Position numbers and translations under genes: made by a program. A stretch of DNA of 64,000 nucleotides, taken from the NCBI GenBank assembly GCA_010093745.1, contig MU005967.1, positions 248,001 to 312,000 on the forward strand. Reading direction: 5' to 3'. How positions within the stretch are numbered: the stretch's first letter is position 1; every line of letters begins with the position of its first letter. Below, piece by piece: positions 1 to 11,101 of the stretch. The notes under the pieces were generated by a model. It had not been told where the DNA came from and did no database searches. It saw nothing but the letters and a program-made list of their open reading frames with translations. Source of the DNA: Piedraia hortae CBS 480.64. Taxonomy: Eukaryota.

Positions 1-20
1 TTACGCCGCGCTCAGATATA

Positions 21-527
21 ATGCTTCATGACTCTCCCCTTCAGGACGCAGTCGATGCCACCAATTCATTCAAAGCTTATCAGAAACAGCCGCCTCTTCC
101 GCCTCCGTCTAGAAAGATCCAGTCTGCGGCTTTGGCCACGAAGCCCCTGCCCGAAGCGCCAACCTTTGCTCTAGAATCTCCCGGAATCCAAGCTCGTCCG
201 AACGTTTCCCACATTGTGCCTACTTCTGGCGTATACACCCACAACACTGCCGTTATCGCACCTCTGGCCCCGCCCCGTCGACGCGGCGCATCCAAGAGCC
301 ACGGCGAAGCATTCCCGAATCTCATGGACGAAAAGGAGTCCAACCGTGCCGATACCCTTTCCTTTGGCAGCCTTCAGCAAGCCGACCCTGAACCCCAATC
401 TTCTGCGACGCAGTCTGAATCTACATTCAAAGGCATGCCTAACCTTACCAACAAGGACATCCTAGCCGACATGTACGCCTTGCAAGCCGAAATTGATGAC
501 CTAAGATCAAAGGAGGCACATGGATAG
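21..527 (+). CDS. 3' part of a protein-coding gene that probably begins upstream of the window; Pro/Ser-rich with a C-terminal coiled coil
   Basis: Open frame from near the window edge, ending in heptad-like ILADMYALQAEIDDLR, followed by a more AT-rich intergenic stretch. Family not recognised. Confidence 0.6.
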   Translation: MLHDSPLQDAVDATNSFKAYQKQPPLPPPSRKIQSAALATKPLPEAPTFALESPGIQARPNVSHIVPTSGVYTHNTAVIAPLAPPRRRGASKSHGEAFPNLMDEKESNRADTLSFGSLQQADPEPQSSATQSESTFKGMPNLTNKDILADMYALQAEIDDLRSKEAHG

Positions 528-1082
528 TCGCATGTACACACGATGAAAGTGTCTCGCGTTCGTAGCGTCTAGATGAAGCCATGCAGTACTCGATGATTAT
601 GACCGTGACGTCTCCCCAAAAATGCTATGTGATACATCTCCAGAATCGAACTCATACCTTTCAAAACGAAAACCGCCTCAAAGTGAAGGGAAAATAGATA
701 AAAAAAGGCTTAAAAGGTGGGTAATTTCCAAAGATTTAAATTGCGGCATAGTGCGGTGAGCCATGGGCACATCTGGTAAAAGGCAAGAAATGCGTTCTGT
801 TAGCCCAACCGCGCCGTCAGAACTAATCTAGGGAAGGGGGGTATTTATATTTTATTGTGGATATGCCGAAGATTTGCCGGACTGAATCGAACGGATGGGG
901 ACGACACAGACCTTTCCATCTATCGATGGAGTTCGTGTTGAGCCATGTCTAATTTTTAGAGCATGGGATGACGTGTGTGGACGGCTTGGTGGGTGGATCT
1001 CTATCCAAGCCCGATGCTCTCCACAGTGACATCACTCTATCGATCTTTTGCCTGGACTCACGAATACAGTACAGAGACTACA

Positions 1083-1774
1083 ATGACTGCGAATGAAAGA
1101 CCCAAGACGTCAGGTCCGGCCTCTGGCCCAGAATCGCCTTTTCCGATCAGGCTGAGTGGGAAGGTTGTCAATGGGTTTGGAAGGGGAAGTAAAGAGGTGA
1201 GTTTTTAACAGGTTTGTGGGAAGGTAAGAGACTGATGATGGGTCGATAGCTTGGCGTTCCTACGGCTAATATCCCACTATCTGGACTTTCAGTGGGTGGG
1301 CATGAGAATATCCAATCTGGTGTCTTCTTCGGCTGGGCGGGTCTCACGCCTTGTCAGGCTACGAAACAATCTCCACCCGAATCGGTGGGCAAGTACCAGC
1401 TCATGAGCGCAGATGTCAGTAAAGCGCTATATAAAGCTATACAGGATGAAAAAGGTACAGGTCAGTCTTCCGGGGCGGTATATCCTATGGTGATGAGCAT
1501 CGGTTGGAATCCCTTCTACAAGAACGAAGTGAGGAGTGTGGAAGTGCATATCATGCATGATTTTGAGACGGATTTTTATGGTGAACACATGAATCTTTGC
1601 ATCCTGGCTTTCATAAGGCCGGAGCTAGATTATGTTAGCAAGGAAAAATTGATCGAGGATATTCGGACGGATATCGATGTCGCCGGACGGAGTCTGGCTA
1701 GATCGGCCTACTTGCGGTTCAGAAAGGACGAGTATCTGGTAGAGTTCAGGGATAAAGCTGACGTCGCTGATTGA
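1083..1774 (+). CDS. FMN1: Riboflavin kinase, 2 exons (intron 1197-1249)
   Basis: Splicing GTGAGT...TAG joins GFGRGSKE to LGVPTAN, the riboflavin kinase signature. Also [14 protein letters not shown] and FIRPE motifs. Confidence 0.93.
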
Positions 1775-1841
1775 GTTGCGACGTCAAATATCATGTCCCT
1801 TTGTGCTCTCACTGTACTTTTCTCGGGAACTGATTCGGAGT

Positions 1842-1859
1842 GGGGGGGGGGGGGGGGGG
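1842..1859. repeat. Poly-G homopolymer in a G-rich tract
   Basis: Run of about 18 G downstream of FMN1. Confidence 0.9.
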
Positions 1860-2513
1860 AGCGGGGAGGGGGTATTAACTGGTTGAGTGCTGCTGGTACT
1901 GGTTATAGAGGGACGTGGTGTCCAAAATGCTGATCGGATCAAAGACGCGAAGCAAGCTTGATCATATTCATCGCCATGGCGATTTCATTCCTAAAGCATG
2001 ACTCCTGGCATACCACTATACAGGGACCATGCTGCCTAGCCAACTGCCGAAGCACATCTAGCCGTCTGGGAAAGGCTCTTCTCCAATAGCATTCGGATGA
2101 GCAGCCCAATAGTGGCTTCGTGTTACTGGTCTGGAGCCTTTGCACAATCCCATGCGGATGATCAATCTCCACGTGCAGACATTGGCGCCGCGGCTTTCAC
2201 GATAGGATCGCTGTCATAATGAGCGCGTTGTACGCACAATGGAGGCAACTCCTTTTGCCTACTTGGCGAAGCAGCCTTATCTATCAAGTTGGCGTAATAG
2301 CCTTGCACGTTGACATCTAACAGCCTTGCATTCCTCAGACACAAGCCTCTATAAAACGGATATATAAGCCTACATTCCTCGGGCTGAATTCGTTGATGGA
2401 GACCCTGGAACCCCTTTACCCAGAGGTCTGATTATTGGAAGCTATACAACACTCTTGTTGACAGCATATTTCGGCATCGTCAGTCACTAACCTCCCAGCA
2501 GCATTACCAGAAA

Positions 2514-3818
2514 ATGAAGGCCGGCCTTCTTTTACTAGCATGCTTATCTGCAGCAACCGCTCAACAGGCGAATCGTGGCCCATACCAGGTTGTAGGTCAT
2601 GCGTCCTCGAGCGAAGATACCACCACGGTGATTGTTGAAGCCACTGGCGTGCCGTGCATGATCTATGTGAATAAACAAGGTTCCACTTTGCTAGATTCTT
2701 GCAAATCCAGCTTCCCTATAGGGCCGCCTGCTAGCAAGACCTCGACATCGGCAACGTCGACATCAAGTCTCAGTGGCTATGCTTCATCTTCACCGAGTAC
2801 ATTCTCCACTTCCACTTCATCCGGCAGTTCTTCTTCGTCTTCGCCGAGCATATCCTCTACTGTCACTTCATTGAGCAGCTCTTCTTCTGCAGTGTCCACC
2901 TCCTCAATGACAACTTCATCCGGAGTCTCGTCCATAGTGACAAATTCCTCGACATCCTCGTCATCTTCCTCGGCCGCACCGTCTCCATCAACTTCCAGCC
3001 CATCTTCCGCTGGACCCAGCTTGTCGGGCTATGCGTCTGGGTTCAAAGGCTACAGCATCTCCTACTCGCCATTTCACAGCACGCGAGCCTGCAAAGACCA
3101 AGATGCAGTGAACAAAGACATGGAAGCGCTTTCCGGCTACGGCATGGTTCGCATATACGGCACAGACTGCAACCAGACCGCAACAGTAGTCCACGCGGCG
3201 AAAGCCAAAGGCATGAAAGTCTTCGCTGGCGTTTACGACATCAATTCCCTCGCCCAAGAACTCCACACCCTAATCGACAGCGTAAACGGCGACTGGGACC
3301 CCATTGAAATCATTAGCATCGGTAACGAAGGCGTCAACGACGGCAGGTACAGCGTCGCTCAAGTGGTGAGCGCAATCGAAGATGCACGTCTCACGTTGAA
3401 ATCAGCTGGCTACCAGGGTAAGGTAGTGACAGTAGACACGTTTGTTGCTACGATTGCCCACCCGGAGCTGTGCAAGGCTTCGGATTTTGCGGCTGTTAAC
3501 TGCCACCCGTTCTTTGACGGCCATGTCGCTGCTGACGACGCTGGCAAGTGGGTCCTGCAGCAGACAGAACGGGTTTCTCAGGCATGTGGTGGAAAGAGCG
3601 TGATGGTTACGGAAACAGGCTGGCCGTGGAAGGGGAATCCCAACGGTGTGGCCGTGCCCAGTGTGGAGAATCAGGCTGCGGCGCTGAAGTCGTTGAGGTC
3701 GAGTTTCACAGACATGATTGTGTTCTTCTCGGCGTACAATGATCTGTGGAAACAGAACAATGCAGGGACGTATGGGGCAGAGAATTACTGGGGAATTTAT
3801 GGCAATGCGCCTTCTTAG
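2514..3818 (+). CDS. Secreted GH17 cell-wall beta-1,3-glucanase/glucanosyltransferase (Scw4/Scw10/BtgE-like)
   Basis: Signal peptide, Ser/Thr-rich linker, then ISYSPF, VRIYGTDCNQ, ISIGNE and VTETGWP (the two catalytic Glu motifs). Confidence 0.9.
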   Translation: MKAGLLLLACLSAATAQQANRGPYQVVGHASSSEDTTTVIVEATGVPCMIYVNKQGSTLLDSCKSSFPIGPPASKTSTSATSTSSLSGYASSSPSTFSTSTSSGSSSSSSPSISSTVTSLSSSSSAVSTSSMTTSSGVSSIVTNSSTSSSSSSAAPSPSTSSPSSAGPSLSGYASGFKGYSISYSPFHSTRACKDQDAVNKDMEALSGYGMVRIYGTDCNQTATVVHAAKAKGMKVFAGVYDINSLAQELHTLIDSVNGDWDPIEIISIGNEGVNDGRYSVAQVVSAIEDARLTLKSAGYQGKVVTVDTFVATIAHPELCKASDFAAVNCHPFFDGHVAADDAGKWVLQQTERVSQACGGKSVMVTETGWPWKGNPNGVAVPSVENQAAALKSLRSSFTDMIVFFSAYNDLWKQNNAGTYGAENYWGIYGNAPS

Positions 3819-3916
3819 ATTTTTTTTTTTTTGTCTTGTATTCTAGAGGTTTTGTCTTGAGGTTTCGATTCCAGCCTTCCATCTTCCCGCCAGATACCCC
3901 GCCCCCGCCAACGGTC

Positions 3917-3924
3917 TGACGTCA
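3917..3924. promoter_or_regulatory. CRE-like palindrome TGACGTCA upstream of PCM1
   Basis: Perfect ATF/CREB consensus about 75 nt before the ATG. Function not demonstrated. Confidence 0.3.
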
Positions 3925-3998
3925 CATTGATGTCTTCCGTCCACCCCCATCACCAAGATATTAGCACCGCACAGAACAAACAAACCTCGATAATACCG

Positions 3999-4787
3999 AT
4001 GGCCTGGCGCTGCGGAGGTAGCACCAACACAGCGCTAATCAACAACCTCGCCCAACATGGCCTCATAACATCTCCAAAAGTCAAATCCGCCATGCTGGCC
4101 GTAGACCGAGCCCACTACGCGCCCATAGCGCCATACGAGGATAGTCCGCAGTCCATCGGCCACGCTGCCACAATTTCCGCTCCACATATGCATGCTTCAG
4201 CGTGTGAATCCCTCTTACCTTTTCTCCACCCTTCAGCTAGAGTCTTAGATATCGGCTCCGGGTCGGGGTATCTTACTCATGTCCTCGCTGAGTTGGTGAA
4301 GCCGGGTGGTAAGGTTGTGGGGGTGGAGCATATCCAGGCTCTGGCTGACCTTGGGAGGGGTAATGCCATGAAGAGCGAGGAGGGGAGGGAGTTGTTGGAG
4401 AGTGGCACGATGAGGTTCGTTAAGGCCGATGGACGGTTTGGATGGAAGGAAGATGGTCCATATGATGCCATTCATGTTGGTGCCGCTGCGAGTGAGTTTC
4501 ATCAGGAGTTGATCGATCAGCTTAAGGCGCCAGGGCGGTAAGTTACGTTTTTTTTTTTTTTTTTTTTTGGATTGGTTTTTGGGGCTGAGGCTTGGCATTG
4601 GAGATTGTTCATGCCGGTTGCTGAGGAAACTTTGCTGATGAAGTTGTCAAGATTATTCATGCCCGTGGAGGAGAATAGCTGGCAGCACATCTATGTCATT
4701 GACAAGGAGGCTGACGGTTCGGTGACCAAGACAAAGGACATGGCCGTGTGGTATGTTCCTCTTAAAGGTCCGCCTGAGGGAGAGTAG
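3999..4787 (+). CDS. PCM1: Protein-L-isoaspartate O-methyltransferase, 2 exons (donor 4538; acceptor 4651 or 4603)
   Basis: MAWRC start, ATISAPHMHA, VLDIGSGSGYL (SAM motif I), PYDAIHVGAAA, LIDQLKAPGR|LFMPV and YVPL. Confidence 0.93.
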
Positions 4788-4802
4788 GTAGCTCAAAATT
4801 GT

Positions 4803-5567
4803 TTACGAAGCGACGGCCTTTTCCTTTTCTTTTTCCTTTGCCTTTGCCTTTGGAAGTTTAATCATATCCTCGTCTTCGTCTCCTTCGTCTTCCTCCCACT
4901 GATACTCATCCTCTGCTTCCTTTTCATCGACCTTCCCCTCCTCTCCGTCCTTGTCGACACCCAATATCCTCCGTCTTGCCTTCAACTTCTCCCGATACGC
5001 CGCTTCCAGTCGAGCAAACTCAATCAGCAACTCCTTCCGCTGATTACAGAACCTCAACCCCCTCCTCAAGTAACTCCTCGCAGAAGACATATCCCCCTGT
5101 TCCTCCGCATACCACCTCGCCGCCAGCGCCCAAAGCTCGTGTTCCGTAGGCTTCAACCTCAGCACAGCAGTAAACGCCTTTGCAAGTTTCTGATGTGCCT
5201 TTTCCCTCTTACAGTACTCAATATACTGCATCCACAACGCCAGATCGCCGGGGAACTTTCTCGTCCCGCGATCAAAAATGTGGAAAATGATCTTCTGCCC
5301 GTTATATTTTGCCTTTCTAGACTCCTTGATTCCCATCCGTTCGCACCTCTTGCGGCAGAGAACATGGAGGTTATTCTCGTAGTCAATGTATCTTGCATAG
5401 TCCTCCGGTTTGGAGCCCCGTGCGTTCAGCTTATGCTCAAAGTCGCTCCGCTTCGACGTAATCGCTGTGATCTCCTCCCGGGAGAAGACGCCTTTTTTCT
5501 CCCACCCTTGGAGCTCGGGAACGGACTGTTCGAGGTAGAAGCGCGCTTTATCCGATGCTCCTGCCAT
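4803..5567 (-). CDS. UTP6: U3 snoRNP protein Utp6 (HAT repeats), apparently lacking the C-terminal part
   Basis: MAGASDKARFYLEQSVPEL...KRSDFEHKL N-terminus and HAT repeats (KFPGDLALWMQYIEY, ARSYLRRGLRF). About 254 aa. Confidence 0.85.
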   Translation of the reverse strand: MAGASDKARFYLEQSVPELQGWEKKGVFSREEITAITSKRSDFEHKLNARGSKPEDYARYIDYENNLHVLCRKRCERMGIKESRKAKYNGQKIIFHIFDRGTRKFPGDLALWMQYIEYCKREKAHQKLAKAFTAVLRLKPTEHELWALAARWYAEEQGDMSSARSYLRRGLRFCNQRKELLIEFARLEAAYREKLKARRRILGVDKDGEEGKVDEKEAEDEYQWEEDEGDEDEDMIKLPKAKAKEKEKEKAVAS

Positions 5568-5695
5568 GGTATATCTATTCTGGGATTTCCAACGCAAAAA
5601 ATCAAAGTGGCCTACGGTTCGGCCCGCAGCTCAAGGCTCGGCACGCGCCGACAGCTGACATTAGCCTCGAGCTTCTACTGAACATCAGCAACGCA

Positions 5696-8600
5696 ATGCC
5701 ACCGAAGCATCGCGATGGCGATGTCGTCGCGACTGTCTGTCCCTACATCCTTTGACGATGTTGTTTTTACTGATAATTTCATAGATTCCAGGTCAATGGA
5801 TCACCTACGCACATACGTTTTCTGCTTACCTTGCCTTCCTCGGCGCCCTCATCGTCGGCACGTCCCTGCATTACCATAAGATTGTCGAGAACGAGCATTT
5901 CGGCTATCCAGTCGAATGGTTCCCGTCCGTGTCTGCCACAATTGGAGATCGATACCCCGAACGATCCGTCTTTCAGATCTTCATTGCGTTGACGTCTGGT
6001 CCGAGATTTTTGTTGATCTTCTTGTTTTATTGTCTTGTTAATCGGCCGGAGCAGAAGCTGCCAAAGGCTATTGCGATTGTTGGGATCATCAGGACGGTTA
6101 CGTGTGGTGGGTGGACGTATGTTACGTCAACGGATGACCATGACTGGCACGATGTGTTCATGATCGGGTACCTTGTTGCGACTTTACCATGGACCCTGGG
6201 GTGTCTCTTCCTCAGCCCGCCGAATCCAGTGACGATCAAGTATAGGAAGTGGCTTGCTGGTTCGTTTTTTGGGACGCTCGTACCGCTTATCTACTTTTTT
6301 ATTCAGCATAAGGTTAACCGCGTGCCGGGTGGTGAGTTTTGTGCGCAAGAAGGATGGGTTTTTGTTGACGAGAATAGCTTACACGATTTATGCGTTTTTT
6401 GAATGGAGTCTTGTACTCCTCGACGTCGCATTTGATGCGGTCACGGCCTATGATTTTTCCACCTTTGAGATCGTCGTCAGGGATGTCAAGGGCTTGAGTA
6501 AAGGGTACGTCTCGTTGCTCCCAAAATGGCAGACGGTAGGCCCTATTCTGTGGTAGAATGCACAACTGACAGCTGACGAATCTAGGCATAATAAACGCGT
6601 GCAAGACGCTGTGCTGGAGAAGCAAAAGGATAAGCCTGTGGGTATGGTGTTCGGCCCCAAGTTCAATGCCGATGACATGCTCGATGCCTTAGCCGATACG
6701 TATGTTGGCTTTGTGTTCTGGTCCATCTTGACCTCGCTCGGAGTCGTTGTGTGGTATTTCCCATTGTGGTATATGGGAATATCCGGCTTCGAGGTGGCTG
6801 TTATGTCGACCATTTCGCCTTTCCTGCTGGAGGTTCCACCCTTTCGACGCTTGGTCTTGAAATATTGGCCCGTGTCGCACTTGCTAATGGGCGTTGCCGG
6901 TCTGTTGGCTTATCTGGTGCAGACACCAAAGTACCGTCTTGGTGTGGTAAGTCTTGCCGTCTGGGAGGGCTGTTTGGGCTATGCTACGACATGGTATCGA
7001 GACCGTCGTGATCCGACCAAGCTGGAGTCGAGGATAAATGCCTGGGTTATTGGTCTCATTGCGAGTTCCATTGCAAAGTTTGCACTGTGGACCAACAACC
7101 CCATCTGGCCAGTCATGCATGCCGAAAACGGTGGATGGAATAGGACTGGACTTGCTCTGTTTGCATTGGCAATTGTGCGGCTCTATATGCGTAGGCCGAC
7201 CATGGCTGCTGATGCTTCGGTGCAAGGCACGCTTGGGGACAAGCCAAAAGGCCTCTGTGTCTTTGCGGCGCTTGGCTTGGGCGGACTGTTCTTCGGCCTG
7301 CACTCTTTGCTCAGTGATTCAAGTACGATGATTCTCTGGGTGTGGGAAGGATATCCCGTTCGTGGTCCTTTGGCTGTTCCACATGGAGCGGTGACCATCC
7401 TTGCTATGGGTGTCGGACTGGTGTTTGGTCTTTTCTACCCAAATCTCACTCGCAGCTGGACAGCATTCGGCATGGGCTCAGTTGGAGCCGCGTTGTTGAC
7501 CGGTTTCAGTCACTGGACCGGATATTATGGCGCCATTGCCTTGTCAGTGTACCTCTGCGCCATGGCCCCCGTGTTGATCAGCAATGCAGTACGTTATCCG
7601 CCTGGCCGGACGTTCTTGATGGCCTTCCTCATCTACAACTTCATGGTCCTCTTCCATGTCTGGGTCGTTGCCTACGCTTTTGTACCAGGAGGTCCTCTCG
7701 TACGAGAACACACTGACTGGATCATGGCACTCATGATGATCTTGATTGGCTGCGGCGTTTACTCCACCTTGGAGAACCACGGCTTGGTTTCCGGTCCAAC
7801 CATCAAAGGCAAAACGTTCCAGCCTCCGTCGAATCCGGCAGCGAAGAAGCAGAGGAGTTATTACATTTACATCCTCTTCGCGTTGCAGTTGCTCTCAGCC
7901 AGCATCGCCTATCTTCGCTTTCCCACTTACAATTACGAGCCGTACCACAAGAACAGCAAACTCATCACTGCGGGAATCTGGACAATTCATTTTAGCATCG
8001 ACAACGACATGTGGTCATCGGAGCGCCGAATGGAGGCCTTATTACGCGAAGCAGAAGTCGATGTGGTGGGATTGTTAGAGAGCGACCTCCAACGAATCAT
8101 CATGGGCAACCGCGACACAACACAATACCTCGCAGATTCTCTAGGCATGTGGGTAGATTACGGTCCAGGGCCAAACAAGCACACTTGGGGCGCAGCATTG
8201 CTGTCCAAGTTCCCGATTGTAAACTCGACCCACCACTTACTCCCCTCGCCAGTCGGCGAACTTGCGCCAGCCATCCACGCAACTATTGACGCCTACGGTG
8301 AGCTAGTCGACGTCTTCGTCTTCCACTCAGGCCAGGAAGAAGACCCTGAAGACCGACGTCTCCAAACTGCCTACATGACGGAACTCATGGGTCGCTCAAC
8401 CCGTCCCAGTATCTTGCTAAGCTACCTCGTCACGAAACCCAAAGAGGGGAATTACAACACCTGGGTCAGTCAAAGAAGCGGAATGAAAGACATTGACCCC
8501 ACGGACTGGGACCGCTGGTGTGAGTACATTCTCTACAAGAACCTGCGGAAAACGGGCTATGCCCGTCTCTCTCGCGGGACGATTACAGATACGGAACTGC

Positions 8601-8758
8601 AGGTGGCCAAGTTTGCAGTCGGACCGCCTGAGGGCAAAGGGGAGTTTATCGATGAGAATCAAGTCCCCGATGATATGAGATTTCCGAATCTCTTCAAGGG
8701 TGAGGGTGTCAGGGGACACAGGTATCATGTCTTTGATGCGCCGAGGTATTTCAATTAG
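5696..8758 (+). CDS. CWH43: GPI-anchor lipid remodelase Cwh43 (Frag1/PGAP2-like N-terminus plus C-terminal phosphodiesterase-like domain), multi-exon
   Basis: HYHKIVENEHFGYPVEWFPSVSATIGDRYPERS, GLLESDLQRIIMGNRD, HSGQEEDPEDRRLQ and GVRGHRYHVF motifs. Introns near 5735-5784, 6332-6377 and 6506-6585. Confidence 0.93.
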
Positions 8759-9152
8759 TGTAGAATATTCAGGAAGGTTGTCTCTGGAGAATTTTTCCTC
8801 GCCTTGCTGGACGATCTTATCAACAATTATGCCTCTGGATATACAATACAAGTGGCTGATGCTGGTGGAACAATACAGCCAACGTGCTTGTATCACATCC
8901 AAAAGTCCACTCTCTTAGAAATCCTAATACAGGCACAGGCCGGCAGAATAATCCCTTCCCTTCAACGCTATAGGTCAAACGAATACCATATTCCAGTTCC
9001 AATCGCCCCCCAAGGCGCCGCCACTCATCCTTCCATACGCACACCCTCACCATCTCAAACAGCCATCTCAGCCCTGTGAAAGGCCTAACAACAACAACCG
9101 AGCCCCCACCCAGAATCTTTCACACACTACTCCCCCTCTCACACATGGCCCC

Positions 9153-9634
9153 ATGAAAACCCCCCTCATCCTCCTCCTCCTCCTCCTCTGCTCACCCACC
9201 ATCTCCAAAATTGGCGACCCATGCAAAGGCTTCAACTTCCCCGGGACCTGCCAACACATCTCCCAATGCGAATCGGTATTTGCACCCTCCCCCATCAATC
9301 CAATTTCCCCCCTTTCTCAAAAACTGTTTCGTCAACCTCACCTCCCCTAGCCCTCCTCAAAACTACCCACCCCTCTCTCAACATAGATAGTAGCCTTGTA
9401 GGATTCACATCAAACAATTCCTGTCCCCACGATCCGGAGTATGTGAAATGCCGTCTCGCAGCGAATTGTCATTCGGGCGAAGTGCAAGGACGGTGTAAGT
9501 TTCTGGAGAGAGGTTGTCCTATGGAGTTTCAGACTGGACTTTTTCCGGGTCCGGAGAATGTGATGTGTTGTTTACATACGAGGTTTGAAATTGATTGGGA
9601 GAGGGAGAGTGGAAATGGGGAAAATATATCTTAA
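9153..9634 (+). CDS. Small secreted cysteine-rich protein (two-exon model or decaying gene)
   Basis: Signal peptide plus GDPC..GTCQ..SQC in one frame, and CPHDP..VKC..C..GRC..C..PGP..VMCC in another. A clean in-phase splice could not be identified. Confidence 0.5.
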
Positions 9635-9713
9635 TTTCGATCAGAAAGGGGCCGATATCGTGCTCCACTCCATCTCTCAACAATCTTTTTTTTTTTTTTT
9701 TCAGATCTTCAAA

Positions 9714-11021
9714 TCATTCCACATTTCCTCGCAAATACTGCACCACCACCCTCCCCTCCCACCCCTTCCCTCTCTTCCTATACCTCCTAACCCCCTCAAT
9801 CGTATCCACCTCCTTTTCCTCCATCTCAAAAAACGTAAAATCCCCCCTCGCCCTCCCAACCAACCCCTCCGAAACCTCCTCCCCCGTAACCGAATCCCGC
9901 GAAGCGACAACTTCCAAAACCAGTTCCCGCAACCCACTCCCCCTCGCTCCCTCCAAGAAATCGCAAAGCATCCCTACCACCTCCCCCGAAAGAGTCCTTG
10001 AGGGGATGGAGGTAAGGACCAACCTCCCCACCCCGCGAAGCGTCCCTACTCGAGAGCGATAGCCGATGCGGAGGGTGTTTACCCCCGTCCCGTCAAGGAA
10101 TATAGCAAGGGACCCCAGATCCAGGGCCTGCAGTGCTGACGAGGATATGAGATGCTCCGCGAATTGGGGGGTTATGAGTGTCGAGGCGAGGGAGAGGTGT
10201 GTTATTCCTACTGAGGGGGAGGTTTCTATTTCTAAGGGGGGGAGGGGGGAGGTTGTGAGCGCGTGGGAGAGGGTTTCTTCGAATGAGGAGGGGAGGGGGA
10301 TGGTATTATATCTTGTGGTGAGGCTGTGGGTTAGGAGGAGGGATGCTCCGCGGTCGGTTATGTGGTTGTTGTTCAGGTTGAGGCTGCGAAGGCGGTGGCC
10401 GATGGATTGGCAGAGGGGGGGAATGGAGTTGTCGGTTAGACCGGTGGAGGAGAGATTCAGGATTTGGAGGTGGTGCAGGTGGGCGAGGATGGGAGGGATG
10501 CTTCGCGCTGTGGGTGTGTGAGGGAGGTTTAGGTATAAAAGGTCCGAGCAGAGGGGTAGGAAGGTGGCGAGACTTTGCTCGGTGAGGTTTTGGTTTTGGG
10601 GTAGTGATAGGTAGCGCAGTCGGTTGGGGATTGAGCCTAGAACGAGGACAGTATGGTCTAGATGCGGACTGTCGGGTGGTAGGAGGAGCGATTGTAAATT
10701 GGGGAGATATGTCAAGACTGATTTGAGCCATAATTTAAATAAGTTTTCTTCAAGGCTGTACGGGTCCGCTGCAGGTAGATACAGAGTGTGCGTTTTTTCG
10801 CGAACTACTTGACGCACGGTCGGGAGAATTTGAAGAAATATATTTAGTTTCTCAATGTTTGGGATCAACGGTCGTCCCCAAAGGTGTCGAGTCAACACAT
10901 CATGGAGCCGGCGATTGACGAGGATAGCATGGAGAAGTGTTGGCTGTAAAAGATAAGGCGCAATAAGGCTCCATGGATCGGGATGAACAAGTCTTGCATA
11001 GGACGGTGGCGCAACTTCCAT
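9714..11021 (-). CDS. Leucine-rich repeat protein, possibly F-box/RNI-like
   Basis: N-terminal PWSLIAPYL..LLHAILVNRRLH..LW (F-box-like) and repeated LxxLxL units (LQILNLSSTGLTD, LRSLNLNNNHITD). Confidence 0.75.
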   Translation of the reverse strand: MEVAPPSYARLVHPDPWSLIAPYLLQPTLLHAILVNRRLHDVLTRHLWGRPLIPNIEKLNIFLQILPTVRQVVREKTHTLYLPAADPYSLEENLFKLWLKSVLTYLPNLQSLLLPPDSPHLDHTVLVLGSIPNRLRYLSLPQNQNLTEQSLATFLPLCSDLLYLNLPHTPTARSIPPILAHLHHLQILNLSSTGLTDNSIPPLCQSIGHRLRSLNLNNNHITDRGASLLLTHSLTTRYNTIPLPSSFEETLSHALTTSPLPPLEIETSPSVGITHLSLASTLITPQFAEHLISSSALQALDLGSLAIFLDGTGVNTLRIGYRSRVGTLRGVGRLVLTSIPSRTLSGEVVGMLCDFLEGARGSGLRELVLEVVASRDSVTGEEVSEGLVGRARGDFTFFEMEEKEVDTIEGVRRYRKRGKGWEGRVVVQYLRGNVE

Positions 11022-11101
11022 TGGTGTAATTGAAGACGCACGGACTGTCCGTGCGCGCGATACTCGCACAAATTAAGATCACGTTATTTTACACTGCTGT
11101 A

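Noticed and set aside
3855..3880. GGTTTCGATTCC resembling a tRNA T-loop/B-box
   Set aside because: No cloverleaf stems or A-box at suitable spacing could be found.
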